The position numbers and the translations under genes are program-made. The notes under the pieces are model-generated. The model had not been told where the DNA came from. It searched no databases and saw only the letters and a list, made by a program, of their open reading frames with translations. From an uncultured Rikenellaceae bacterium (GTDB lineage: Bacteria; Bacteroidota; Bacteroidia; Bacteroidales; VadinHA17): a stretch of 64,000 bases of DNA. This document shows, in pieces, positions 30,162-39,759 of the stretch. How positions within the stretch are numbered: the first letter of the stretch is position 1; every line of letters begins with the position of its first letter. The stretch covers positions 2,935-66,934 of the forward strand of contig CAZXAM010000009.1 in the NCBI GenBank assembly GCA_964638545.1, given 5' to 3'.

Positions 30162-31385
30162 ATGATAATCCTTGTTTTAAATTGCGGAAGCTCTTCAATC
30201 AAATACCAGGTATTCAACATGTCCGACGGGAATGAAATGCTGGCCAAAGGACTTCTTGAAAGAATCGGACTGAACGAAAGCATTCTTACTCATAAACCTA
30301 CGGGAGGAGAACCCTATAAGTTAATAACCGATATTCCGGATCACACAACCGGAATAAACATGGTAATGGAAGTTCTTTGCGATCCGGAGCACGGAGTAAT
30401 TAAAAATGTCAACGAGATCAAGGCAGTAGGCCACAGGGTTGTTAATGGGGGCGAAGCATACAAGGAAAGCGTGCTCATTGATAACGATGTAAAGAAGACG
30501 ATAGAGCAATGCATTGAACTGGCACCTCTTCACAATCCGGCCAACCTTAAGGGAATACTCTCTGTCGAGAAACTGATACCCGGTGTCCCTCAGGTTGCAG
30601 TTTTCGATACCTCATTCCACCAGACAATGCCCGATTATGCATATATGTACGCAATCCCGTACGAGTATTATGATAAATATAAAATAAGAAAATACGGATA
30701 TCATGGCACCAGCCATAAGTTTATTGCAGGAAAGGCTGCCAGGCTCCTTGGAAAGAATATTAAGGATCTCAAGATCATAACCTGCCACCTGGGTAACGGT
30801 GCCTCTATTACCGCAGTCAACAAAGGATTATCGATCGATACATCAATGGGTTTTACGCCGACTGACGGATTGATTATGGGAACCCGCACCGGGGAGGTAG
30901 ATCCGGGAGTTCTTGTGTATATAGCAGATAAAGAGCATCTTAATGTTACCGGTGTTGCTAATATGATCAACAAAAAAAGCGGTGTTTTCGGTATTTCGCA
31001 GATATCATCCGACATGCGCGACCTCGAAACAGCTGCCGAGGCTGGAAACAAAAAGGCAATTCTGGCCCTCAGGATGTACGCATACAAGGCAAAAAAATTC
31101 ATTGGCGGATATATTGCTGCCCTCAATGGAGTCGATGTTGTTGTATTTACAGGGGGTATCGGTGAAAATGATTTCAATATGAGGCGGATGATATGTGAGG
31201 ATATGGAAGGGCTAGGTATAATCTTTGACCACGAAAAGAACCAGGGTTCAAGAGGGTGCGATGTCATCCTTTCAAAGCCGGAATCAAAAGTGATTGTGAT
31301 GGCTGTCACAACAGACGAAGAATTTGTGATCGCTTCCGATACACGCCAGATTATTGAGCAGGGAGTTGTTAAAACCAAAAACTAA
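30162..31385 (+). CDS. ackA: acetate kinase
   Basis: VLNCGSSSIKYQ, GHRVV.GG, FDTSFHQTMP, YGYHGTSH, HLGNGASI and FTGGIGEN motifs. Confidence 0.95.
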   Translation: MIILVLNCGSSSIKYQVFNMSDGNEMLAKGLLERIGLNESILTHKPTGGEPYKLITDIPDHTTGINMVMEVLCDPEHGVIKNVNEIKAVGHRVVNGGEAYKESVLIDNDVKKTIEQCIELAPLHNPANLKGILSVEKLIPGVPQVAVFDTSFHQTMPDYAYMYAIPYEYYDKYKIRKYGYHGTSHKFIAGKAARLLGKNIKDLKIITCHLGNGASITAVNKGLSIDTSMGFTPTDGLIMGTRTGEVDPGVLVYIADKEHLNVTGVANMINKKSGVFGISQISSDMRDLETAAEAGNKKAILALRMYAYKAKKFIGGYIAALNGVDVVVFTGGIGENDFNMRRMICEDMEGLGIIFDHEKNQGSRGCDVILSKPESKVIVMAVTTDEEFVIASDTRQIIEQGVVKTKN

Positions 31386-31395
31386 ACCTTGTAAT

Positions 31396-32298
31396 ATGGT
31401 ATTGAAAAGCCTTTCTGACCTTAAGGCAATTGTTGCCGGAGGTCCCATGAGGAAGCTTGTTCTTGCTGCCGCTCAGGATCAGCATTCACTTGGAGCTGTC
31501 ATCCGGGCCTGGAAAGACAACATCATAGAACCTATACTGGTCGGTGATAAGGAAAGCATCCAAAACATCTGCACAGCAAATAATTACGACATTTCAGGTG
31601 TACGGATCATCCATGAACCCGATATGGAAATGTCCGTCGAGTTATCAGTCAGGCTGGTCAATAATAAACAGGCGGATGTTCTTATGAAAGGGAAAATAGG
31701 CACTTCAACCTTGCTGAAGCATGTACTGAACAAGGAATGGGGTTTGCGAACCGGAAACCTCCTTTCTCATTTTGCCCTTTTCGAAGTTGAAACGTACCAC
31801 AAGGTCATTGCCGTTACCGACGTTGCAATGAATATCGCTCCAAACCTGAAAGATAAGATATCAATAATAAATAACTCGGTGAACTGCCTTATCAAGCTGG
31901 GCTATAAAATGCCTAAAGTGGCAGTCCTGGGAGCCGTTGAGATGGTCAATGAAAGCATGGAAGCCACACTCGACGCAGCCCTGCTTTCCAAGATGAACCA
32001 ACGCGATCAGATCAGGAACTGCATTATTGACGGTCCGCTTGCGTTCGATAACGCCGTTAGTCTGGAGAGTGCTCAGCATAAAGGCATACGAAGTGAAGTG
32101 GCAGGAGACACTGACCTTCTTCTTATGCCTGATATTGAGGTCGGGAATGTCCTCTATAAGTCATTGGTATTCTTTGCAAGGGCAAAGGTGGCTGCAGTAA
32201 TCCTGGGAGCCAGGGTTCCCATAGTCCTCACATCAAGATCCGATTCGGAACAGGCAAAATACGACAGTATCCTTTTGTCTGCCGCTGCCAGTAAATGA
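31396..32298 (+). CDS. ptb: phosphate butyryltransferase-type phosphotransacylase, paralogue 1
   Basis: PTA_PTB family without the Pta N-terminal extension (AAAQD...LGAV, DVLMKG, DGPLAFDNA, LTSRSDS). ATG at 31396. Confidence 0.8.
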   Translation: MVLKSLSDLKAIVAGGPMRKLVLAAAQDQHSLGAVIRAWKDNIIEPILVGDKESIQNICTANNYDISGVRIIHEPDMEMSVELSVRLVNNKQADVLMKGKIGTSTLLKHVLNKEWGLRTGNLLSHFALFEVETYHKVIAVTDVAMNIAPNLKDKISIINNSVNCLIKLGYKMPKVAVLGAVEMVNESMEATLDAALLSKMNQRDQIRNCIIDGPLAFDNAVSLESAQHKGIRSEVAGDTDLLLMPDIEVGNVLYKSLVFFARAKVAAVILGARVPIVLTSRSDSEQAKYDSILLSAAASK

Positions 32299-32305
32299 TC
32301 ACGCT

Positions 32306-33214
32306 ATGATCCGGTCACTCGGTCAGATGGTTGAAAAGGTTTCTTCCGGCGGGAGAAAGCAAAAGATAGCCGTCGCCTGGGCGCAGGATTCCTACACCGT
32401 CGGAGCCGTTTATAGAGCTGTGAAAGAAGGATTCGCAGATGCACTTATGATCGGAGATCCATATGCAATTAAACGAGTCTGCCTCGACAATAAAATCGAT
32501 CCTTCTATTTTTGATATAATACCATCTGAAAATGAAGAAGAAGCTGCAGTTGAAGCTGTAAAGATGGCTGTCTCCGGCAAAGCCGATGTAGTGATGAAAG
32601 GACTTGTAGGGACAGACAAATTTCTGAAAGCCGTGATGGATAAGGAAACAGGACTGATGCTGCCCGGAGCAACGATGACCTATGTTGGCGCAGTTGAAAT
32701 ACCTTCATATCATAAGCTGCTATTCATTACTGATACGGCAGTTATTCCTTTCCCGGATCTCAGACAGAAAGTGGCAATGGCCGAATATGCTGTAGAAATG
32801 GCCCATGCGTTTGGGATCGAAAAACCTAAAGTGGCCTTGATCGGGGCATCGGAAAAGATTAGCAGGCACTTTCCCAATACTGCCGATTACGCTGAAATGT
32901 GCAAAATGGCAAAAGAGGGAAGGATTGCTGAGTGTATCATGGACGGACCTCTCGATCTTTTCCTCGCCTGCGACAGAAAAAGTCTTCAGGTAAAAGGAGT
33001 TAATACACCGGTTGAAGGCGATGCGGACATCCTGCTTTTTCCTTCACTTGAATCAAGTAATCCTTTTTATAAAGCTCTGATGCTTTTCGCGAAAGGCGAA
33101 ATTGCGGGCCTGATACGGGGAACCAGAAAGCCTGTAGTTGTAATGTCGAGAAGCGAAAGCGAACAATCCAAGTTTTATTGCATCGCACTTTCATGCCTCA
33201 TGGCACAAGCTTAA
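32306..33214 (+). CDS. ptb: phosphate butyryltransferase-type phosphotransacylase, paralogue 2
   Basis: Same family (AWAQD...VGAV, DVVMKG, DGPLDLF, VMSRSES). By eye it is clearly diverged from paralogue 1. Confidence 0.8.
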   Translation: MIRSLGQMVEKVSSGGRKQKIAVAWAQDSYTVGAVYRAVKEGFADALMIGDPYAIKRVCLDNKIDPSIFDIIPSENEEEAAVEAVKMAVSGKADVVMKGLVGTDKFLKAVMDKETGLMLPGATMTYVGAVEIPSYHKLLFITDTAVIPFPDLRQKVAMAEYAVEMAHAFGIEKPKVALIGASEKISRHFPNTADYAEMCKMAKEGRIAECIMDGPLDLFLACDRKSLQVKGVNTPVEGDADILLFPSLESSNPFYKALMLFAKGEIAGLIRGTRKPVVVMSRSESEQSKFYCIALSCLMAQA

Positions 33215-33227
33215 TTTATAATAATTT

Positions 33228-34340
33228 ATGATTCTGAATCAGAAAACCGGCAAACCGGTCCACGCAGGAAAGCGTCTAATCCTGGTCATAAATCCGGGTT
33301 CAACCTCCACAAAATTTGCTCTTTTTGAGGAAAATGCATCATTGTTCGAGTTGACTCTTACTCATTCAGCTGATGAGCTTTCAGGCTTTCAGAAAATCAC
33401 CGATCAGTTCCATTTCAGAAGGGACCTTATCCTGAACGAGCTGACAAAAAGGAATACCGATCTTTCGCGCATAGCTGTGGTTGTCGGAAGAGGAGGCCTG
33501 GTAAAACCAATAGAATCAGGCATATATGAAGTCAATGAAAAAATGATAGAGGACCTTGAGACAGGCTTTCTCGGCCAGCATGCCAGCAATCTTGGCGGGC
33601 TCATTGCACATGATATTGCGATTACATTGCCTGAGGCAAAAGCTTACATAGTCGACCCGGTGGTCGTTGACGAGCTTCAGCCTGCAGCAAGGATTTCTGG
33701 TCATCCCGAGATTGAAAGAATTTCTATTTTTCATGCTTTGAACCAGAAAGCTGTGGCAAGGATCTATGCCAATTCAATCTCTAAGAAATATGAAGAGCTT
33801 AACCTGATAATCGGACATTTAGGCGGCGGAATAAGTGTCGGAGCTCATAGAAAAGGTAGGGTTGTGGATGTAAATAATGCACTTCATGGCGACGGTCCCT
33901 TTTCGCCTGAGCGATCAGGAGGACTCCCCTCGGGCCAGCTTGCAGATCTTTGCTTTAGCGGACGCTTTACCCATCAGCAGGTGAAATCGATGATAAACGG
34001 AAAAGGAGGAATGGTAGCCTACCTGGGGACTAACAACTTCAGGGAAGTGAGCAAAATGGCAGATGATGGGGATGAGAAGGCAAAACTGATTATCGATGCT
34101 GCTGCCTATCAGGTTGGCAAGGAGATAGGCTCAATGGCCGCTGTGCTTCATGGTAAAGTGGATGCTATTCTTCTTACCGGAGGCTTAGCTTTTAATAAAG
34201 CTTTCACCGACAGAATCAAATCGATGGTAGGATTTCTTGCAGAGGTCTTGGTATATCCCGGAGAGGATGAAATTAAATCACTGGCATACAACGGACTGCT
34301 TGCTCTCGATGGGAAAATAGAGATAAAGAAATACTTTTGA
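33228..34340 (+). CDS. buk: butyrate kinase
   Basis: LVINPGSTSTKFALFE, HASNLG, HLGGGISVGAH and LTGGLA motifs. Confidence 0.9.
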   Translation: MILNQKTGKPVHAGKRLILVINPGSTSTKFALFEENASLFELTLTHSADELSGFQKITDQFHFRRDLILNELTKRNTDLSRIAVVVGRGGLVKPIESGIYEVNEKMIEDLETGFLGQHASNLGGLIAHDIAITLPEAKAYIVDPVVVDELQPAARISGHPEIERISIFHALNQKAVARIYANSISKKYEELNLIIGHLGGGISVGAHRKGRVVDVNNALHGDGPFSPERSGGLPSGQLADLCFSGRFTHQQVKSMINGKGGMVAYLGTNNFREVSKMADDGDEKAKLIIDAAAYQVGKEIGSMAAVLHGKVDAILLTGGLAFNKAFTDRIKSMVGFLAEVLVYPGEDEIKSLAYNGLLALDGKIEIKKYF

Positions 34341-34349
34341 TTACATGCA

Positions 34350-35045
34350 CTACGGATTTCCGATCGCTACCGGCAGAACCTTTCCGTTGAAGAACCTGTT
34401 CCCTGTAAGTGCAAAATCAACTATAAACTCAGCCATTTCCACCGCGCTTACCGGCGCCTGGCTTCCTGGAAAAGCCTCTTCGAACATTTCTGTCTGTACA
34501 GCACCAAGGGCCAGGCAGTTTACCGAGATCCCCTTACCGCTGAATTCCGCCGCAAGGCATTCTGTCAGGCACGAAATGGCGGCTTTGGAAGCGCTGTAAT
34601 AGGAGAGACCTTTATATTTGACGCTTCCCTGGAATCCTCCCATGCTTGATATATTGACAATATGTGTTCCTTTTTTCATGAGCGGCCGGAGGATTCTGAT
34701 AACCGAAGCCGGACCAAAGAAATTAGTTTCCATTATCTCCCTTGCCTCTTCGTTTGAGAAATCCATGAAATCCTTAACTGCCAGCGATCCTGCCGTATTG
34801 ATAAGGATATCAACATCTTTCATTGCCGAAGAAACTGCTTTAAGGAAAGATTTCTGCTGTGTGTCAAACCGGGAGAGATCGAGCCGGAAAGTGAATAAAT
34901 TTTTGTTTTTCGCTTCGTCTGACAGCTTTTCCAGGGATTTTCCTGTTCTGCCGGTGACCAGCAGCCTGTTGCTTTTATCTTCTGCAAGGATCAGTGCAAT
35001 CTCTTTGCCAATTCCCCTTGTGCCACCGTTTACAATGATGTTCAT
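34350..35045 (-). CDS. SDR family oxidoreductase
   Basis: NGGTRGIGKEIA cofactor loop, NTAG, and the catalytic YSASKAA. Confidence 0.85.
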   Translation of the reverse strand: MNIIVNGGTRGIGKEIALILAEDKSNRLLVTGRTGKSLEKLSDEAKNKNLFTFRLDLSRFDTQQKSFLKAVSSAMKDVDILINTAGSLAVKDFMDFSNEEAREIMETNFFGPASVIRILRPLMKKGTHIVNISSMGGFQGSVKYKGLSYYSASKAAISCLTECLAAEFSGKGISVNCLALGAVQTEMFEEAFPGSQAPVSAVEMAEFIVDFALTGNRFFNGKVLPVAIGNP

Positions 35046-35114
35046 TTTTACTCAGGTTATATTATTGGGTCGTAATTTTTCGTTTATTTGCAACAATGCA
35101 TCAAAGTTATAAAA

Positions 35115-35702
35115 ATGTCGAAACCGAAATCACTGGCACGTTTTGTAGCACTTCTGGTACTCCTTACTATTCCTGTCACCGTAGTTTTGGGGCAGAAAAC
35201 CAAAAGTGAGGTTCCTCCGCTGAAAGAACGGCTGTTTTATGGTGGCAGCCTTGGACTACAGTTTGGAAGCGTCACTGACATAGATATATCACCGGTTGTG
35301 GGATTATGGCTGTTACCGCGATTAAACGTAGCAGCTGGGCCAAAATACAGGTTTTACAAGGATCCGGTCGATCGGACTGATATTTACGGTCTGAGGGCTT
35401 ATGCCCAGTTCTTTTTTATAAGGGATCTGAACAATCTTATACCATTGAATGTGCATCTGGGATTTTTTATTCACGCTGAAGACGAATATCTGAGTCTGCA
35501 GTCAGCTTTCTGGCAATCACCGCCCAATGATACAAAAAGAATTTACAGGAACACTGCCCTGGGGGGAGTGGGTCTCAGCGAGCCCATAGGAAGGCGGGCA
35601 TCAATCAATTTAATGGTTTTATGGCCTTTAAATGATTCTTTTGTTGATTTGCTGGGCCATCTCTATTCAGAACCCGAAATTCGGTTCAGCTTCATATTCT
35701 GA
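35115..35702 (+). CDS. secreted hypothetical protein, possibly a small beta-barrel OMP
   Basis: Signal peptide (LLVLLTIPVTVVLGQ), alternating hydrophobic pattern, and a C-terminal ...IRFSFIF ending in Phe. Confidence 0.5.
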   Translation: MSKPKSLARFVALLVLLTIPVTVVLGQKTKSEVPPLKERLFYGGSLGLQFGSVTDIDISPVVGLWLLPRLNVAAGPKYRFYKDPVDRTDIYGLRAYAQFFFIRDLNNLIPLNVHLGFFIHAEDEYLSLQSAFWQSPPNDTKRIYRNTALGGVGLSEPIGRRASINLMVLWPLNDSFVDLLGHLYSEPEIRFSFIF

Positions 35703-35720
35703 CTTCCGTAAAGAAAGAGC

Positions 35721-35790
35721 CACCCAGCACCCAGTACCTTGTGCACCCCATACCCTGTACCTTATACCTTGTACCTTGTACCCCGTACCC
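35721..35790. repeat. 7-bp tandem array, 10 units (CACCCAG x2 then TACCTTG/TGCACCC/CATACCC/TGTACCT/TATACCT/TGTACCT/TGTACCC/CGTACCC)
   Basis: Counted directly. It starts 18 nt after the stop at 35702 and shares the GTACC core with the 17171 array and the CCCAG core with the 38481 array. Confidence 0.9.
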
Positions 35791-36294
35791 GGATTTAATC
35801 CTGTTGAGATTTCATTATTTGACCGGAAGGGCAGGAGCAAGGTAAAAAATCGACTTCTGAAAGATTTTAAGTTTTCAGACAGCGCAGTATTTATAGATTA
35901 CAAATGTAAACACTGTTTGTCATATCAGAAATCACTAATGTAATCATTATATTTAGAGGTTTAAAGTTACAGAAGTAAAATTCTTTTTCCATATTAGTAA
36001 ATACAAATAAAATACATATAATCAGTATTTTAAAGCTAGTAATCTTGCAAAATAATGCTGTATTTTCGGTCCTGAAAGAGCACATTTAGTTAAATATATT
36101 TAGAATACCGGTATAAACACTTATAAACCAGATTTATATAGACCTAAATGCAAGTGCAGCGTTAGATAGACTCATATTTTAATGAACTGATTATCTATAT
36201 TATAAGAGTTTTATCGCTGGGATGTCAAATAGCGGCATTAAACACTATTACAGTTGTAATACATAATATATACACATGTAATTAATATAATATT

Positions 36295-36302
36295 TACATT
36301 TG
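36295..36302 (+). promoter_or_regulatory. candidate -7 box TACATTTG for the HTH gene, embedded in palindrome TTACATTTGTAA
   Basis: TAnnTTTG match 21 nt upstream of the ATG at 36323. Confidence 0.5.
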
Positions 36303-36322
36303 TAATTGATAATTATAGTGCC

Positions 36323-36739
36323 ATGAAAGACCGCATTTTGCAATTCCTTAAAGCAGAGAATAAATCATCAGCACAGCTTGCTGAAGAAATAGGCGTTCAG
36401 CCTTCAGGAATCTCCCATATCCTGTCAGGCAGAAATAAGCCAAGTCTTGATTTTGTTATAAAAATGCTTGAAAAATATAAATTCCTCTCCACTGAATGGC
36501 TTCTTTTCGGCAAAGGAAACATGTACCGGGAGCCAGAAATGCAGAAGTTGTTCGATGATTCTCATATTATTTTGCCTGATTCTGCCATAATATCTGAGAC
36601 AGGTCAGGAAACTGCCAGGAAAAAAGAAAAGAAGGAAATTATATCAATTGAAAATGAAGATGATAAGCCTGCACTTGACAGAATAGTCTGGTTCTTTGAA
36701 GACGGCTCATTCAGAGAATTCTCTCCTGCAAAGCGATAA
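36323..36739 (+). CDS. XRE-type helix-turn-helix DNA-binding protein
   Basis: N-terminal SAQLAEEIGVQPSGISHILSGRNKPSLDFVIKMLE HTH, with a low-complexity acidic C-terminal half. Confidence 0.75.
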   Translation: MKDRILQFLKAENKSSAQLAEEIGVQPSGISHILSGRNKPSLDFVIKMLEKYKFLSTEWLLFGKGNMYREPEMQKLFDDSHIILPDSAIISETGQETARKKEKKEIISIENEDDKPALDRIVWFFEDGSFREFSPAKR

Positions 36740-36781
36740 AATGATTCTATCCTGAAATTTCCTTGAGTTAATGATTAGAGT

Positions 36782-36789
36782 TATATTTG
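36782..36789 (+). promoter_or_regulatory. candidate -7 box TATATTTG for pyrK-pyrD
   Basis: TAnnTTTG match 17 nt upstream of the pyrK ATG (36806). Confidence 0.5.
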
Positions 36790-36805
36790 CTCAAATAATC
36801 TCCGA

Positions 36806-37591
36806 ATGGCAAAGCGGATCGAACGCCTTAGAATCCTTGAGAATAAGCGACTTAACAATGAATATTTCACTATCAGGCTTTCTTCCGGGGCAACGCTGCC
36901 CGTGATGAAACCCGGACAGTTCGCTCAGGTTAAGGTGGACGGAAGTCCGGAGACTTTCCTGCGCAGACCGATTTCGATCCATGATGCAGATCCGCAAACG
37001 AACACGCTTAAATTCCTCATCCAGATTGCAGGAAAAGGCACTGAGACTCTCTCAAAGCTTAAACCTGACGATTATCTTAACATAATCTATCCGCTTGGAA
37101 ATTCGTTCTCTTTGCCTCCCAAAGGCAGCAAGCCACTGTTGGCTGGCGGCGGATGCGGAATAGCCCCACTGTTGTTTTTGGCCAGGTATCTGAACGGGAA
37201 TGGCTTCAAACCTGATATATTGCTTGGATTTCGCAATAAAGACCGGATCCTGGAATACGAAGAATATCTGGAGTTTGGTGAGGTGTTTCTGACAACCGAA
37301 GATGGCTCAAGGGGAGAAAAAGGATTCCTGACCGATCATCCTGTTCTGAAATCAGTGAAGTACGACAAAGTATACTGCTGCGGCCCTGATCCGATGATGA
37401 AAGCTGTGTCGGCATTTTGCAGGAAAAAAGATATTGAATGTGAAGTGTCTCTGGAAAACCTGATGGGATGCGGTATTGGAGCCTGCCTATGCTGCATTGT
37501 TGAAACGGTTAAAGGGAACCTGTGCACTTGTACCGACGGCCCTGTGTTCAATGTTAAAGATTTGAAATGGCAGACCTTGGATTTAAAATAG
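36806..37591 (+). CDS. pyrK: dihydroorotate dehydrogenase (class 1B) electron-transfer subunit
   Basis: FAD/NAD-binding fold ([14 protein letters not shown]) and the C-terminal 2Fe-2S cluster motif [11 protein letters not shown]...C. Confidence 0.9.
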   Translation: MAKRIERLRILENKRLNNEYFTIRLSSGATLPVMKPGQFAQVKVDGSPETFLRRPISIHDADPQTNTLKFLIQIAGKGTETLSKLKPDDYLNIIYPLGNSFSLPPKGSKPLLAGGGCGIAPLLFLARYLNGNGFKPDILLGFRNKDRILEYEEYLEFGEVFLTTEDGSRGEKGFLTDHPVLKSVKYDKVYCCGPDPMMKAVSAFCRKKDIECEVSLENLMGCGIGACLCCIVETVKGNLCTCTDGPVFNVKDLKWQTLDLK

Positions 37592-38478
37592 GCGATTTAC
37601 AGTTCAAGAACCCTGTGCTTACCGCCTCGGGAACTTTCGGCTATGGTGCCGAATTTGATGATTTCCTGGATGTTTCACAACTTGGCGGGATAGTTTTAAA
37701 AGGTACCACCATGGAACCCAGGGAAGGAAACCCCTATCCCCGGATGGCAGAAACCCCGTTCGGGATGCTTAATGCAGTGGGATTGCAGAACAAGGGAATC
37801 GATTATTTTGAAAAAGACATCTATCCACGGATCTCAACCTATAACACTAATGTAATTGTAAATATTAATGGGAGCTACATAGATGATTACGTGGCTCTTG
37901 CGGAAAGAATCAGCAAGCTTGATAAGATACCTGCCATTGAACTGAATATTTCATGCCCCAATGTTAAGATGGGGGGAATGGCATTCGGAACAAACCTTGT
38001 CTCGGCAAGAGAAGTGACCCGTGAAGTCAGAAAAGTCTATTCAAAAAAGCTTATTGTCAAACTCTCTCCAAACGTAACGAACATAGTCGATTTCGCTCTG
38101 GCAGTCGAGGAGGAGGGAGCAGATTCCGTATCGCTTATAAATACATTGCTGGGCATGGCTGTCGATGTGAAAAAGATGAGACCTTCACTGTCGACAGTTA
38201 CAGGTGGTTTGTCCGGTCCTGCCGTAAAACCGGTTGCACTGCGCATGGTATGGCAGGTGGCCAAAGCTGTCAGAATTCCTGTTATTGGAATTGGAGGAAT
38301 CACTACTGCAAATGATGCCCTGGAATTCATCCTGGCAGGGGCTTCAGCCATTCAGGTTGGCACCGCTTCATTCATTGATCCCGCAGCGTCTGTAAAAATA
38401 CTTGAAGGAATTGAGATGTTTCTTGTATCCAGGGGATTCAATGATATAAATGAAATAACAGGGTATATCAACAAGTGA
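37567..38478 (+). CDS. pyrD: dihydroorotate dehydrogenase (class 1B) catalytic subunit
   Basis: [26 protein letters not shown] and [14 protein letters not shown] motifs. Overlaps pyrK by 25 nt. Confidence 0.9.
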   Translation: MADLGFKIGDLQFKNPVLTASGTFGYGAEFDDFLDVSQLGGIVLKGTTMEPREGNPYPRMAETPFGMLNAVGLQNKGIDYFEKDIYPRISTYNTNVIVNINGSYIDDYVALAERISKLDKIPAIELNISCPNVKMGGMAFGTNLVSAREVTREVRKVYSKKLIVKLSPNVTNIVDFALAVEEEGADSVSLINTLLGMAVDVKKMRPSLSTVTGGLSGPAVKPVALRMVWQVAKAVRIPVIGIGGITTANDALEFILAGASAIQVGTASFIDPAASVKILEGIEMFLVSRGFNDINEITGYINK

Positions 38479-38480
38479 CC

Positions 38481-38564
38481 GAAGACCCAGGACCCAGGAC
38501 CCAGAACCCAGGACCCAGAACCCAGAACCCAGAACCCAGAACCCAGGACCCAGTATCCAGTAAC
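38481..38564. repeat. 7-bp tandem array, 12 units (CAGGACC / CAGAACC, decaying to CAGTATC, CAGTAAC)
   Basis: Counted directly; begins 2 nt after the pyrD stop (38476-38478). Confidence 0.95.
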
Positions 38565-38667
38565 TTCCGTTTTTCATTTGTCAATCCGAATAATATTCCT
38601 TACCTTTTGCTTGATTTTTTTAAGACAACAGAAATTTTACCTGTAATTATTCAAAAAGTATCAAATT

Positions 38668-39138
38668 ATGGCTGAAAACTTACACATTGACGATCTCGAC
38701 AGGAAAATTTTGGATATTATTACCAAAAATGCAAGGATACCCTACCTTGAAGTTGCAAGGGAATGCGGAGTATCAGGAGCTGCAATTCACCAGCGCGTGC
38801 AAAGACTGATAAAAATTGGTGTAATCAAAGGCTCTGAATTTAAAGTCGATCCTGTTTTGGTGGGATTCCATACATGTGCCTATATCGGTATCTTCCTGGA
38901 GCATCCCGGTCATTTCAGGGATGTTGTGAAAAGATTCAGGGATATTCCGGAAATCATAGAATGTCATTACACAACCGGCAACTATTCTTTGTTTATTAAA
39001 GTCTATACAAGGAATAATGAACATCTTAAGGATATCCTTACAGAAAAGATCCAGAATATTCCCGGGATTGTCAGGACTGAGACTCTTATTTCTCTGGAGG
39101 AATCGATAAACAGGCAGATACCGGTTCTGTCGAAATGA
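38668..39138 (+). CDS. Lrp/AsnC family transcriptional regulator
   Basis: LDRKILDIITKNARIPYLEVARECGVSGAAIHQRVQRL HTH plus an AsnC-type ligand domain. Confidence 0.85.
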   Translation: MAENLHIDDLDRKILDIITKNARIPYLEVARECGVSGAAIHQRVQRLIKIGVIKGSEFKVDPVLVGFHTCAYIGIFLEHPGHFRDVVKRFRDIPEIIECHYTTGNYSLFIKVYTRNNEHLKDILTEKIQNIPGIVRTETLISLEESINRQIPVLSK

Positions 39139-39171
39139 ACACAATATTTCTTAAACTAAAATTATACTCCT

Positions 39172-39759
39172 ATGGCAAATTTTATTGATGAATTCATGAA
39201 GAACTACGGTTCTGAGGTGGCAACCCAGTTGTCTTCAAATCTTAATGTAGACCAGGGAACTGTTCAGAAGCTGATTCCCCAGCTGGCTCCGCTGATCCTT
39301 TCAGGACTGAAAAAACAGAAGGACACCATGGGAGGCGACGCAAGGGTTGACCATATCCTGACCAAGTATGGCGATTCTTCGGTATTGGGTAACATCAGGG
39401 ATATAGTGGCTGCCAAGGTCAGTTCACAGAATACAGATGCAAACCTGGGGGGATTGCTTGGATCAAATGGCGGCGTTCAGGCTGCAAATGCGCTTGCCAA
39501 AAATCTTAATATTGATGCCTCAGCGGTAATGAAAATGATTCCTGCCCTGGCTCCGATCATTCTAGGAGCGCTTTCAAAGAAGCGCGATACGGGAAGTGCA
39601 GGAATATCCGGAATAGGATCATTGCTTGATGCCGACGGAGACGGAAGTATTCTTGACGATGTTGCCGGCTTTCTTCTGAAAGGAGGATCCTCTCAGCAGA
39701 CAACAAGATCAGGCGGTTTGCTCGGTTCTGTTCTGGGAGGACTTTTCCGGAAAAAATAA
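39172..39759 (+). CDS. DUF937-like protein
   Basis: Repeated ...LIPQLAPLILSGLKKQ / MIPALAPIILGALSKK modules and a Gly-rich tail. Family assignment is from memory only. Confidence 0.55.
   Translation: MANFIDEFMKNYGSEVATQLSSNLNVDQGTVQKLIPQLAPLILSGLKKQKDTMGGDARVDHILTKYGDSSVLGNIRDIVAAKVSSQNTDANLGGLLGSNGGVQAANALAKNLNIDASAVMKMIPALAPIILGALSKKRDTGSAGISGIGSLLDADGDGSILDDVAGFLLKGGSSQQTTRSGGLLGSVLGGLFRKK

Noticed and set aside
35632-35943. ORF 35632..35943 (+), 103 aa
   Set aside because: It overlaps the end of the 35115 gene out of frame, then reads through the heptamer array and the AT-rich spacer.
35891-36085. ORF 35891..36085 (-), 64 aa, in the AT-rich spacer
   Set aside because: Its composition is low-complexity and AT-driven, there is no plausible promoter or start context, and it is hydrophobic only because of T-rich codons. 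It is most likely spurious.
35791-36322. Replication origin in the 530-bp AT-rich tract
   Set aside because: There are no convincing DnaA boxes (only weak TTATCTATA-type partial matches) and no dnaA or dnaN nearby.
38368-38675. ORFs 38368..38577 (-) and 38475..38675 (+) with GPRTQNPGPRTQ / WVLGSGFWVLGS repeats
   Set aside because: These are artefacts of translating the CAGRACC heptamer array; they are open in both strands only because the repeat lacks stops.
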